Source of the DNA: Antechinus flavipes
Lineage: Eukaryota
NCBI RefSeq assembly: GCF_016432865.1
Contig: NC_067398.1
Coordinates: forward strand, 544,856,001-544,920,000
DNA length: 64,000 nt
Direction of reading: 5' to 3'
Both the position numbers and the translations under genes were made by a program. Shown here one piece after another: positions 37,205 through 50,177 of this stretch (its first letter is position 1; every line of letters starts with the position of its first letter). The notes below the pieces were generated by a model. The model was given only the letters and a program-made list of their open reading frames with translations, searched no databases and had not been told where the DNA came from.

Positions 37205-37735
37205 TAAGACCTGATTGTTAAATCTGCAGAGTGAGCATTAGCACTTAGGGAATCAGCAAATATTACAAATCAGAGTTTGAGTTATTATTTTGCTAATTGT
37301 CTAAATTTAAGAAAGTGATGAAGAAAATGCTAATAATGCAAGTAAATTTAAAAGTATGTCATTGATGCATTTTTCCCCTCAGAGATCAAGCAGTTAAAAT
37401 TATAGCAGCAAAGTCAACATCCAGAGAAATAACTGATGGACTCTGAATGCAGATCAAAGTATGTCATTTTCACTTTTTAAATTTTTCCTTTTGTTCTATT
37501 TTTTTTCATTCAAAATATGACATATGGAAATATGTTTTATATGATTACACACACAAATATATCTATATATAAAATCTATATCAAATTTTTTACTGTCTTA
37601 GGGATGGGAGAGAGGAAGAATAGAGTACATTTAGAATTCAAAATTTTGTTTTAAAATGAATGTTAAAATTGTTTTTACCTGTAGTTGAAAAAATACCATT
37701 TAAAAGAAAAAACATTTACCAGCACACCCCTAATT
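37205..37735 (+). mobile_element. MER63-like hAT-Blackjack element interrupted by an L1 3' end (~37412-37710)
   Basis: CAAATATTACAAATCAGAG...TTGTCTAAATTTAAGAAAGTGATG...TAATAATGCAAGTAAATTTAAAAGT, with terminal AAACATTTACCAGCACACCCCT after the L1 A-rich tail. Confidence 0.65.
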
Positions 37736-38332
37736 TCATTTTGCCTTCCTCAGGGCTCCCAACTGCGGCCATCCATTCCTCTGTATGTTTTAGAGGGAGC
37801 AGGTAGCACTAGCTGCAGTGGGCACAAGATTCTCTAGCACGTTAACCATCTCAAGAAGCTAGAGCCAGAAGAAAGAGGCAACCCCCACAAGTCCTCTGTC
37901 AGATATCCCAACCATGTCTATATGAGGTATGATTAGAAGGTTTTTGCCTTCCCAGATTCAAGGTCAAATTCAATAGAAATGTTGGGACAGGGAGGTGGGT
38001 GAGGTAAGGGGAAAGGGGTGGGAATCATAATCTGATAGTTGATTTGAAGTAGCATAGGTCCATCATTAAAAATGGAATCCCATTTAGTTATTATATTCCC
38101 TGTCTTCCCTTCAAAGAACCATTATATTACAAAATCCTCAAAATTGAGACAGAAATGGTTATCATATAAGCTACAAAATCTGTTGCCATGCTGTAAAATG
38201 TTTGGGTCATTAAAAGATTATAAAAATACTACAGAGAAGCAGGTGTCCAAGGATCCTTTACTCAAGTCCAGCTAGCTGAAATATAACTAAGTCTCTTCTG
38301 TGAAGGAGCTAAGGCTGTTGTTTTTCCCTTGT

Positions 38333-38334
<2 letters not shown>

Positions 38335-38374
<40 letters not shown>
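38335..38374. repeat. (CA)n microsatellite
   Basis: Read directly from the sequence. Confidence 0.95.
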
Positions 38375-38376
<2 letters not shown>

Positions 38377-39157
38377 TAATCCCAGGCACAGCCCCCTTAG
38401 GTGGCTGAGTAGCACATAGACAAGTGGCCCTCACAATGGCAGTCACAGTGAATTGCCCTATTGTTGGCATCTTGTTGCAGGGGAAAAAAATCTGTCATTC
38501 TCTTAGTGGTGTGCTGCTTGGAGGGTGATCTTAATTAAACTGTAAAATGTCAAACAGTGGTAAGAAGGAGGATAGCCCTGTGGGGAGTGAGGATGAATCA
38601 AGTTTATTAGTCACTGAGCAGCAGGCTGGTAGCCCTTCCCTCCAAAAGGAAAGAATTCAGAAAGGAAGTTAATATTGAACTAAATATAAAGCTACTATAA
38701 TTTCTCCACAGTTCACTCCTATCTTATGAAAAACATAAACCATTTTTTTTCAAAAACAACATAATGAGCCACCAGCTCTAGAAAATCAAAAGCAAGCTAG
38801 CTTGTAGGAAAAGCATCACCATTAAAATTCTCCTTCAATAAGCCTCTGACTTATACACTAATAGGTGAATCTAAGTGAGGAGGATATATATGATTTGGGG
38901 ATTTTTTACCCTGATTTTGGGATCAGAAGCCTATGTGTAAAAATAAATAATAAATGGCATATGCAGATTGCCTATGTGTTTTAAATATTACTTTTCCTAG
39001 ATCAGACTCTATCCATGGCATTGCTGCTTCTGAAATCTAAAGGACAGGTGTTGATAATGCTGTATCCAAAGCCAAAACTTGATAGTTTTTAAGGATAATA
39101 AAATAATGTAAACTGCAGCCACAACAAGACACACGTTCTATGAATGAGGCTTTAAGT

Positions 39158-39412
39158 TTGTTGTTATTATTGTCATTAATTAGTCGTGTTCAAATCATCA
39201 TGACCTCATTTGGGGTTTTCTTGGCAAGGAATACTGGAGTGGCTTGCCATTTCCTTCTCCAGCTCATTTTACAGTATGGAAACTGAGGCAAACAGTATTA
39301 AGTGACTTGCCCAGAGTCACAAAGCTAGTAAGTGTCTGAGACCTCATTTGAATTCAAGAAAATGAGGCTTCCTGACTGCAAACCCAGTATGCTACCAATT
39401 TTACCATCTTGC
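39158..39412 (-). mobile_element. MAR1-like SINE
   Basis: CATTTGGGGTTTTCTTGGCAAGG...TGGAGTGGCTTGCCATTTCCTTCTCCAGCTCATTTTACAG...GAAACTGAGGCAAACAG. Confidence 0.85.
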
Positions 39413-40519
39413 TTTATGCTCACAATTTCACTTAATCCTAAATCACATTTCTAAACCTCTTCAAAGCACTTGGAATTCAATTCAATGAAATGAAAGTATT
39501 CTATCTCTATTTTATTAATCCCTCAGAGGGATTAAATTGCATATCCAATTTGCATTGCTAATAAATGGTAAAGCTAGAACTTGAACCTTGGTCTTCTTCC
39601 CCTGATTCCAGTGATTTCCTAGATTTAATCAATCACTTGGATTCTAGGCCATTCTGACTTTGTTGATGATGCACAAAGAAGAAGGGAGAATGTAGATTTG
39701 GAACCAAAGCTGAATTTCTAAGTTTAATAGTTTTCTCTGCTCAATTTGATGTCTCATTGTTTCAGATAGAATTCACAAACTCTTCAAAGATCCAGCCAGT
39801 TGAAAACAACTAAATTACAGGCCCAGTAAAGGAATGCTTCTCCTTTGCTGGAAGGCCATGGTACTTTGCTTAACTCAAAGCACTTCATCACCAGCAAGTT
39901 GGCCTTAAGGGATAAGTATTTTTTCACCAGAGGAACTGAAAAATAACATAATATATAATGAACATATATATGTATGTATAAGTAAATATATAGACATATG
40001 TAGGTTTTTTATGGGACAGCGAGGTGATGTGTATATGTGCATATAAGGGAAGGGAAAAGAAGGGAAGGGAAGCTTGGTCACATTTTACCCTTCTATATAT
40101 GTGTGTGACATTCAGGCATACATGTATGCATGTATGTATACATATATACACACAAACAGAGATATATATAGTAATAAGGAGAGTGTATATACTTATATAG
40201 TATATAAGGCTTAAAGGGAAAGATTCTATATAATATCACCTATTTTAGAGGACTGATGTAAGAACCAAATGAAATAAAATGTGTAAAGCACTTTATGAAT
40301 CTTAACTATTATTATTACATTCCACATATTTGCAAAGATCTTTTAAACAACATCTTTATTGTTCATTTATTCAAACAAACATTTCTACCATGTGCCAGGC
40401 ACTGTTCTATGTGTTATGAAATGGGGAGAACATTTCCAACCAGACATTCTATAAGAATTTTAAATTCAATAGATCAAAAAGAATTCCTTGTATTACTCAG
40501 TCTCATTCTTCTTCTTAAC

Positions 40520-41100
40520 TTCCTCCACATTACTCTCGAGGACAACATTATTCTTCTATTTGCCCAGGTTTGCCAGCATCATCCTCACCCAGTCAGTTAC
40601 CTAATTTGGTCATTTCTATCTCCACAACCTTTCTCAATTACATTCTCTTCTCTCTATTCACAAAGCCACCATTACCCTTGTTCAAACAGTCATTACTTTT
40701 CACCTGAACCATTAAAATGGTCTCTTAATTATTCTCCCTGACTGATGTCTTTCCCCCATTCCACTCTATCTTTTACATTGTCACCCAGCTAAGAGCATGT
40801 TACCCCATTCTTACACTGTAAACTCTAGTGGTTCCTTATTAACCTCTAAGACTAAATGTCTCTGTTGACATTAAAAACTTTTAATAAGTTCTTCTCTTCC
40901 TAGATTTTCCATCTTGTTATATATTACTATCCACTACTCTCCATCTCCCACCTCCATGCTCTTTGCATATTCATCCTCTGTATTTGTCTCTTAGTATCCT
41001 TGATTTCTTATTAGACTTTATCCCAAAGGCTACTTGTTATAGGAGATCTTTTCTAAATTGTAGTAACTTTTTTTAAAACTATAGTTCCCTTGTAGAAACT

Positions 41101-41158
<58 letters not shown>

Positions 41159-41290
41159 CACAGTATACCTATATAGGCACATATTTTCTTCCCATTATGA
41201 AAGTAAGCTCCTTAGTGGCAAGGAATTTGCTTTCCTTTCATATTTATAGCAGTTGGCACATAATAAGTATTTAATAAATTCCAATTGATT
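40520..41290 (+). mobile_element. L2 3' region with an embedded (TG)n (41101-41150)
   Basis: Pyrimidine-rich L2 body (AAAGCCACCATTACC...ACTCTAGTGGTTCCTTATT) and tail AAAGTAAGCTCCTT...AGTATTTAATAAAT. Confidence 0.6.
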
Positions 41291-41879
41291 GATTTCAAAG
41301 CACCTCAACCTTACCAGTAAGTAAATTATCTATTAATAATTAGTGTCCATTTGTATAGTACTTTTATTCATTGTATGCTTCTTTTACAATTTTCAAAACA
41401 CATTCAAACACAAGCCCATTGATTTTCGCCTATGAGACAGATAGAGTGTTTTGCAGCTTAGAAACTGACAGAGAGGATTTATCACTTGTGGAAAGTAATA
41501 ATAGTTAGTAATATCAGTTAGCTCATGATAGACCTCAGAATAAAACATAGGCCTTTAATTCCTAGCAAAATAATGTCTTATTGGTCTATGTCAATAAAAC
41601 ACAAAACATTTATTGGAAATTTTGACAAACATTTAAAAAATAGGAAAAATATGGATGTGGTCATTTTATTGTACATTTGAAAGAAATAGCAAGTTATAAA
41701 AAGTAGAGTTGCAGTTTTCTATACATTGTTTTTATTGCATTATATTATAAAAATGTTTGTTTTATTCAATAAATTGAAAACATTTTTTTTAATTTAGAAA
41801 AAAAATTTAACAATAGAAATCATTATCTTCATGAGCCTGGCTTATTTTATTTACTTATTCTTCTATGGTATGATTCATA

Positions 41880-42500
41880 GAACTTTAAAATCATAGAATT
41901 TTGGAAATAAAAAATAACTTAGAAATTACCTACCTAATTCCATCCATTTTACAGATGACAAAACTAAAGCCCAGATTATTAAGTAGCTTTTATAAGGTCA
42001 CAGAGCTGGAGAGTGTTAAAGCCAAGACTAGACTGTAGGTCTCCTGATTCTTTATCCAATGTGCCTCTGACCTGCTTCATTTCCTCTCTCTTGGCAAAAA
42101 GGCAAAACAGAATAATCCTTAATTTAGAACTATAACTTTAGGTAACATTACATCTTTCATCTAGTATTTTTCCATGATCAAAGGAAATGAGGGAAAGTAG
42201 GAAAAATGAATAAAGTCTTTCAATGGATAGAGATGTGAGTTTTAAAAAATTAAAGATAACAATAGTTATGAGGACTTTAAAGTTTATAAAGAACTTAGCA
42301 TATGTTATCTCATTTGAACTCCATTAACAACCCTCTTAGTTAAGTATTTATTATTATCTCTATTTTACTGCTGAAGAAACTTAGGATAAAAGAAATCGGA
42401 CCCAAAGTCAAATAGTTTTTCAGTGTTTGAAATCAAATTTGAATTCACATCTTCCTGACTCCAAGTCCAGCATTCCATTAACTGTACCATTTAGCTTTGT
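41880..42500 (-). mobile_element. Two MIR-type SINEs (41880-42070; 42260-42500)
   Basis: CCATTTTACAGATGACAAAACTAAAGCCCAG; TTTGAATTCACATCTTCCTGACTCCAAGTCCAGC. Confidence 0.65.
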
Positions 42501-42589
42501 TTTTTCAACATAAAAATAAAAATATTTTATGTTCATTTTTATGAACTGATTTCCCAGGATAACAAAGTAGGTCATTATTTGGTAAAGCT

Positions 42590-43140
42590 TGGGGAAGGGA
42601 TCTCAGAAGTCATTTAATCTAATTCGTACAGGATCAAGAATTCTCTTTACAACTTACATGACTAATGGTCTTCCCAGCCTTTGTTTTCAGATCTCTATTA
42701 AGAGGGCAACTCACACATCCCATTTTATTTTTGGATAGCACCAATTGTTGGGAAGATTTTTCCTAATAACAAATCTAAATTTCCCCCCTGACAACTTCCA
42801 CACATTATTAATTCTTAGTTTTGCCCTCTGGCCTCAGGAAAAATCTATCAAATCTATATTCCAGGGAACGAGCATTCAGATTCTTTAAGGCATCTCTTGT
42901 GTACCCCAACATGTCTTTTCTTCTCAGGGATACACATCTTCATTTCCTTAACCAATCTTCAGGAGGCATAAGTCTCCATTATGTGGCTGCTCTTCCACTT
43001 ATTAATGACTTCCTAAAATATGGTTCTCCATACTAAATACAAGATTGCACATGTGATCTGACTAGGACAGGGCAGAAAAGAACTAATACATCCCTAGACT
43101 TGGAAGTGGTGCTTCTGAACACAGCTGAAGACCACATTAG
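42590..43140 (-). mobile_element. CR1/L3 LINE 3' fragment
   Basis: CAGCCTTTGTTTTCAGATCTC...GGATAGCACCAATTGTTGGGAAGATTTTTCC...CAACTTCCAC...GATCTGACTAGGACAG; same family as the 53.3k and 58.6k copies. Confidence 0.7.
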
Positions 43141-44239
43141 TTCTTTTGTGGAATAGGGCTAAGAACAACAGTGCATAGTGATGAATTGCTGCTAAGCAGA
43201 ACTGTCAATGATATCTCACTTAACATACTGTCACAGTCTCTTCCCTCAGTGTCACAGTGGTCATTATTGTAACACTCCATAAGAAATAACGCCATCTGTT
43301 TAAAAAAAAAAAAAAACACAAGGCAGGCAAACGCAGCTGCTATCATCATACAAAGATAGAATTAGCCAACACCAAGCAATTACTTTCCTTTTAAATTTCA
43401 CAATTAAAATTTTAGTCTTGCTTTGTTGGTAGCACAAAAGTCACCACAACACTGTTGCTGTTGGGATAACAACACCCTGCTTTGACGAAAACATCAAGGA
43501 AAAGTAACTATGTTGGGAGTAATGATAATTGTTACTCTGTTGCCTTAGGGTAAATATTTTTAAACTTTCCCAGGGTGGTGTTAATTTTAAGCACTAGTAG
43601 TAATAAGAATAATGGTTACTCATAGTGTTTCCACTATGAGAAACTCCAGGAGAGAAAAACAGATGATATTTACATCCTATAATGTAGAACAGTATTAAAA
43701 TTCTAGTCCTTTCTTCCTCCTTGGTAGTAGAAACCTTGCAATCAATGGGAAAGGATAGGATAAGGCTCACTGGGAGAAAAGTTTCATCTTTGATCAAGAA
43801 TGTGGAATTCTGCTTCACTTTTGTTTCATTCATTGAGAGAGCAGATTGCTGGTTAAATAACAGAAGGGCAGGTCTATTCAGAGCTAGCCTAACTCTTCAA
43901 AGAACTGTAAGAGATCAACAACTGCCTTGGCCAAATTCCACTAGGAGGGTGTCAGCAAGCTGGTGTTTCTGTCCTCAATGTATTTTTTATCATGGAAAAT
44001 ATATATATTCCATGAGGACAGAATTAGCCAAATTCTATCTTATTTTATTTTCAGAGAGGCTAAATTATTGATGAGGATAGGAAAAAAATATGGTAACATC
44101 AGCATAGGTAAGACATCAAATTCTTCCTGGATTTTTATATAAAACCAAAAGTACCTTAACTCCATTGGCAACTTGATCTGAGAAAAACTCAGTTGGTATA
44201 TAGAATGATGCTCCAAATATATTTCTTTTAGAATTAAGA

Positions 44240-44510
44240 CTGAAGTACTAAGTCCCCATACAACAAAATATTTGTAACAGCATCTCTTGGGGTAGCAAAG
44301 AACTGGAACTAAAGTAAATGTCTATTAATTTGGGAATGAATATACAAATTATGATACATTTATGCAATGAAAAGTTATTGCTCTGTCAAAAAGAAAGAAT
44401 ATGAAGAATTCAGAAAAATATGGACTTACATGAATTGATAAAGAGTACAGAACTCAAAAAAACAAAAGATACAATGATTACAATAATGTGGAGGGGGGAT
44501 GAGAATATAA
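44240..44510 (+). mobile_element. Old LINE-1 ORF2 3' fragment
   Basis: AAAATATTTGTAACAGCATCTCTTGGGGTAGCAAAGAACTGGAA...TTGGGAATGAAT...AAATTATGATACAT. Confidence 0.65.
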
Positions 44511-44512
44511 TT

Positions 44513-44732
44513 ATAAGATGAGGTTCATTGGAAAAAATCCTGATATTAGGAAAGATTAAAGGCAAAAGGAAAGGGGGACAGGAGAGGGTGAGATGGATAG
44601 ATATTGTCATGGAAGCAATGAACATGAACTTGGATAGACTTCAAGAGGTAATAGAGGATAGAATGGCATTGTGTGCTATGCTTCATGGGTCACCAAGAAT
44701 TAGGCACAACTGAACAACTGAAGAACAACAAC
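44513..44732 (+). mobile_element. RTE/BovB-like LINE 3' end
   Basis: ORF 44528-44713 EKILILGKIKGKRKGGQERVRWIDIVMEAMNMNLDRLQEVIEDRMALCAMLHG resembles BovB [53 protein letters not shown]; ends in a CAA-type tail. Confidence 0.85.
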
Positions 44733-45187
44733 CAGAACATAAAAAGGCATACCCTACATGTAATGAAGTGTCTTTATATTTGGCAGATTTCCCAAGACCA
44801 AGTAGTTACCATACCTAGACTTGTTGACCAGACATATCTCCAAATAAAAATTAAGATGGGAAAAGTGAGGGCAAGTCTAATCAAACTCAGTTCTGAAATA
44901 TCCTTGTTTAATATCCTTTCTATGATATTAATAAATAAATCTTCCATTAATTGATAAATAACCTACAAGCATCTCATTTTGTTTCTAAGCAAATCTGAAC
45001 TAACAAAGTATAGACCTAGATTAGATCCCTAACTAGAATAGCATTATGCCAACATTGTGTAAGGATTTTCTAATTACAAAACATTCCAAAGAAGAAAGTG
45101 TTAGACAGTGGACAAAGGTTCAAAACTAGTTCTACTTTAGTAGAACTGTAAATACATGAATTTTTATTTACTTATTTATTTGTTCAT

Positions 45188-45314
45188 TTGTTTTGCTGAG
45201 GCAATTGGGGTTAAGTGACTTTCCCAGGGTCACACAGCTAACACATGTTAATTGTCTGAGGTCAGATTTGAATTCAGGTCTGGTGCTCTACCCACTGCAC
45301 CACCTAGCAGCCCC
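45188..45314 (-). mobile_element. WSINE1-like SINE with an internal deletion
   Basis: GCTGAGGCAATTGGGGTTAAGTGACTTTCCCAGGGTCACACAGCTA...CCACTGCACCACCTAGCAGCCCC. Confidence 0.85.
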
Positions 45315-46399
45315 AATTCATATGCTATTTAAACAGCAAATGGTACCATTCCATGCTAAAATATGAAACTAAATATTGGAAGTTCTAAGACTTTCTGTAA
45401 AGTAGAACATACAAATATCTTAGTTGTAACTTTTACCACAGCAGGATATAAACAAATCTCCAGGATGAGAAAGGTGGTATTCCTCAGAGAGTAGTAGTCA
45501 GCACCACCTGGTGATTAAAGTAGAAATTTGAATTTATTAATGAGAGAATCAAATATTTTTAAGATAAAACACACCTCTTTGGAAGTTGTATGAGTTTGAG
45601 ACATTAAAATGGACCATTAAAATGCAAGATTTATAGAATTAAGAGAAAGAATCCATCAAGAAAATGATTGTCAACCACAAAATCTTTCACTAACTAAATT
45701 CATCATTCAAACCAAAAGACTTTGCCCAGCTCAGCTCACCAAAAACTTGGCACCAGAGAGCCAGCAGTATAGTATAGCCACATTTGATTTGATCACAGAC
45801 TGCAGAACTGGGGAGGTTCTCAAACACAAAGAGCCCCATTTAGAAAGATATTGCAATCTGTAAATATAATTCACAATCAAGGCTCTCAAAGTCACGAAAT
45901 AGCCATGACTGCATCTCTGATTGCTAATTTAATCAGGCACCATAAGCACTCCAAGGAAGAGGCCCAGACAGACAAAGGAAGCTCCTTGCAGCCATTTTCA
46001 GCATTTTACATTGTAGAGCAAATGAGAACAATGCCTTATGAAATGATATTAGCTCTATAAAGAAGCTCATTTCTTCAAAAAAAGAAGCAGATTTTTTTAA
46101 GATGGGACAGGACAGGTAGAGATTCTAAAAAAGTCTTACAAAATACATCATTAATAATAAACATTTTGGAATCCTTTTTGACTAACGAGATGAACTGTCC
46201 AGAGGCTTTAGTTATCTAGGGTTTGTCCAAGATTATAGCCATCATGTTCAGGCAAGATGAATTCTTAATAAAGAAAGGGTTTCATTGTTAGAAAAGCTGG
46301 CAATGATGGAAGAAACTATTCTTTCCAAAGAAAAGCTCTGGAGAAATAAGCTGAATATACTGAAGTAAGAATGCTAGAGGAGTAGAAGTGGAATGAAAT

Positions 46400-46830
46400 G
46401 TTTGTTGCTTTGTTTTTGTTGTTTAGTCATGTCCGACTCTTTGTGACCTTATTTGGGATTTTCTTGGCAAAATACTGGAGGAGTTTGCCATTTCCTTCTC
46501 CAGCCTTTTTTTTTTTTTTTAAACAGAAGAGAAACTGGAGCAGAGTTAAGTTGACTCAACCAGGGTTACATAGCTACTAAGTGCCTAAGGCCAGATTTGA
46601 ACTCAGGAAAATAATTCTTACTTTTTCTTAGCCCCATGGTCTATGCACTGTACCAACCAACTGCCTAGAATGAGATGACTTTGAGTCATATGCTAGTTCT
46701 GACACTTGCTACTTATATGATCATAGATAAGTTACTTTATTTTTCTAAGACTCAGTTTCCTTACATATTAAATGCAGGTGCTTGATTAGATGGTTTCTGA
46801 GGCCCCTTCCTACTCTTTGATCCAATGATT
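46400..46830. mobile_element. MAR1-like SINE (-, 46400-46666) head-to-head with MIR3 (+, 46680-46830)
   Basis: GTCATGTCCGACTCTTTGTGACC...TTTCTTGGCAAAATACTGGAG; then CTCAGTTTCCTT...GGCCCCTTCC. Confidence 0.75.
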
Positions 46831-48039
46831 CTAAGTCAGATTTTCCAATATGGACTCCACTCAGTAATCCATCAGTTCTTGTACCACACTTTAAGAAAAG
46901 AACTAAAACCAGCTTTTGAAGATAACAGAAAATACTGTATATCATAGATCTAGAAGAACTTAAAATTAAGGTAAAATTTGGGAATCTACCTTTTTCCCCA
47001 GTGGTGCCACAGAACAGGAATTCTAACTAAGGAGGGGAAAAAATGTATATAATCTAGTAGGTTCCCAATTTCTCATTTAATCTCCCTTACACTGAGATCT
47101 TTTCTTTCTTCTCTACATTTTTTACTCAATTCTCTCCTATCTTCTTTTTTGGTCCTATCATCTAACTTACTGTATCTTCACTTCAAAATTCTAATTCTTT
47201 CATGCCATTATCATCTCCATTTCATGCAGACCATGAAGTGAGAAACAAGTCTTCCTACAAAGTTTTTTAGTTCCCTTGACCCAACCAAAACATGAGTAGA
47301 AAATGGAATTATGAATAGTACAAAGTACAAATGGAAAATGTAATTGTGAATGGTATGAAGTACAAATAATAATCTGATTTTCCTCTGCTATAAATGTAGT
47401 CATTCACTTCTGGCCATTTTCTTCTAAGAATAGGAATCTATATTTAAATAATAGAAAAAGGAATAAAATGAAAGCAGTTTGTGGGGAATTGTGTTTGGAG
47501 TTTTGTTTTGTTCTGGTTTTATGTGCTTTGTGATTGTGAGGAGGAAAGCACTCTTACTAGTAGAAGACTTTGGCGCTAGGAATCCTCACCTATTCATACA
47601 AACTAGCACATACCAGATGGCTCCATGGGAGTCAGGAGGCTTGAAATGGAGCAATCATTCAGTCTGCAGATGGAATATACTGTGTGCTCCCAGTTAAATA
47701 AGGGGCTCATTTATTCAGATGGATTCTGCAAAGATGGATTAGGTCTCTAAGGATGTGCAATTTTTCTATCTCCAGATTTCTAACAAATTTCTAAGCTAGC
47801 ACACACAGCCCTATGTGTGTGTATAAAATCACTTTTCTATAAGAAAATTTAACTAAAGTCCACTTGAATATGGATATTAAACTTTTTAACATCTTTATTA
47901 TTCTGGGAATTTAGATTTTAAAATCAAAATCATTTCTTTTACATAATTTCATTAACATCATCCCCACATATAAAACCTTATTTCCAGAACTATAGCAGCC
48001 AGTTTCTAAATTTCTCCAACAGGATTCTTAGGACTTGCA

Positions 48040-48400
48040 TTCTTTTTTCTTTTGTTTTTACATTTTTATTTAAAGTTTTGAGTTTATCCCTCCCTCCTTC
48101 ATGAGATGGTAAGCAATAAGATATAGGTTAAACATGTGCAATTATGTAAAACATTTCCATTTTAGTAATTTTGTACAAAATATCTTGAATAAAAGAAAAA
48201 TGAAATAAAATGAAAAAAATTGTGTTTCATACTGTATTGAGTCAATATCAGTTCTTTCTTTGGAAGCTTCATCATTAGGTCATGAGGATTTTTCTTAGAT
48301 CATTGTATTGCTGAGAATAGCTAAGTCACTGACAATTCTTCATTGAACAATATTGCTTTTATTGTGCACAATGTCTTCCTGTTTCTGAAGAACTTCCATT
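48040..48400 (-). mobile_element. Marsupial LINE-1 3' end
   Basis: TTTATTTAAAGTTTTGAGTT...GCAATTATGTAAAACATTTCCATT...CATTGTATTGCTGAGAATAGCTAAGTC. Confidence 0.75.
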
Positions 48401-49019
48401 CTGAAATCAACTGATTTATTGTCTTTTGTTTTGTTTTGTCATTTGAATTGTACCACTTCTATCTTTTGAAATATTTGTGATTTCATTTTATACAAATTAA
48501 ATGGAAGCACACATATTCAAATTGTTTTTATTATTTATTAATATAGCTATTGAAAATACCCATCTATTTTAATCCCTTTAATCCCTTTGCTTTTGAGGTA
48601 TCTAACAAGTCACAAAGCAAAGAAATAATTTGAACTTATTTGTTGTCCTAAAGAACTTAATTTCCCATATGCATCCCTTCCATAATAAAGGAAAAGATGA
48701 AGATAGGAGAAGGCTCTAATAATTTAGAGAAAGGATAAAGTCTTCCCCTGAAAATAGTAGTGGGAATGATGGAGGAAAGCAATTCCAAGGTCTCCTGGCC
48801 CCAGCAACATGTTATTCATTTAAGAGTATGTAAATGAATCAACAATAATACATTCAGAGTTCCTGGGGTAAATAATTTCCATTTCTGTCACTGTCTAGAA
48901 ACCATCCTTAAGTGCCTCCTAAATATTCATGCCTAGGGAAATAGGCTGTAGAGTGAATTAAGGGGCCAGTCTCTTATCCAAGGATCTCTTCAGTATCCAA
49001 AAGAGAAAAGAAGAAAAGA

Positions 49020-50177
49020 NNNNNNNNNNNNNNNNNNNNNNNNNNNNNNNNNNNNNNNNNNNNNNNNNNNNNNNNNNNNNNNNNNNNNNNNNNNNNNNNN
49101 NNNNNNNNNNNNNNNNNNNNNNNNNNNNNNNNNNNNNNNNNNNNNNNNNNNNNNNNNNNNNNNNNNNNNNNNNNNNNNNNNNNNAAATTCCTGTGGCACA
49201 GAAACCAAAGAGAAAACTTCATCAGTAAGGGAAGTTGAATGAGCTTATCTAAATGTTCATTTAATGTGAGTTCTTTTGGCATTTNNNNNNNNNNNNNNNN
49301 NNNNNNNNNNNNNNNNNNNNNNNNNNNNNNNNNNNNNNNNNNNNNNNNNNNNNNNNNNNNNNNNNNNNNNNNNNNNNNNNNNNNNNNNNNNNNNNNNNNN
49401 NNNNNNNNNNNNNNNNNNNNNNNNNNNNNNNNNNNNNNNNNNNNNNNNNNNNNNNNNNNNNNNNNNNNNNNNNNNNNNNNNNNNNNNNNNNNNNNNNNNN
49501 NNNNNNNNNNNNNNNNNNGAAAACTGAAAAAATTCCTGTGGCACAGGAACCAAAGAGAAAACTTCATCAGTAAGGGAAATTGAATTAGCTTGTCTAAATA
49601 TTCATTTAATGTGAGTTCTTTTGGCATNNNNNNNNNNNNNNNNNNNNNNNNNNNNNNNNNNNNNNNNNNNNNNNNNNNNNNNNNNNNNNNNNNNNNNNNN
49701 NNNNNNNNNNNNNNNNNNNNNNNNNNNNNNNNNNNNNNNNNNNNNNNNNNNNNNNNNNNNNNNNNNNNNNNNNNNNNNNNNNNNNNNNNNNNNNNNNNNN
49801 NNNNNNNNNNNNNNNNNNNNNNNNNNNNNNNNNNNNNNNNNNNNNNNNNNNNNNNNNNNNNNNNNNNNNNNNNNNNNNNNNNNNNNNNNNNNNNNNNNNN
49901 NNNNNNNNNNNNNNNNNNNNNNNNNNNNNNNNNNNNNNNNNNNNNNNNNNNNNNNNNNNNNNNNNNNNNNNNNNNNNNNNNNNNNNNNNNNNNNNNNNNN
50001 NNNNNNNNNNNNNNNNNNNNNNNNNNNNNNNNNNNNNNNNNNNNNNNNNNNNNNNNNNNNNNNNNNNNNNNNNNNNNNNNNNNNNNNNNNNNNNNNNNNN
50101 NNNNNNNNNNNNNNNNNNNNNNNNNNNNNNNNNNNNNNNNNNNNNNNNNNNNNNNNNNNNNNNNNNNNNNNNNNNNN
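49020..50177. other. Gap cluster (49020-49184, 49285-49518, 49628-50177) holding two mini-contigs of 100 and 109 bp
   Basis: N runs counted directly; both mini-contigs are diverged copies of ~50827-50933. Confidence 0.95.

Noticed and set aside
40295-40741. 148-aa ORF, the longest gap-free ORF
   Set aside because: It runs across MIR/L2 remnants, has low-complexity Leu/Ser/His composition and shows no domain or splice context.
43938-43958. CTCF-like CCACTAGGAGGGTGTCA
   Set aside because: Only a partial match to the core; not supportable without ChIP data.
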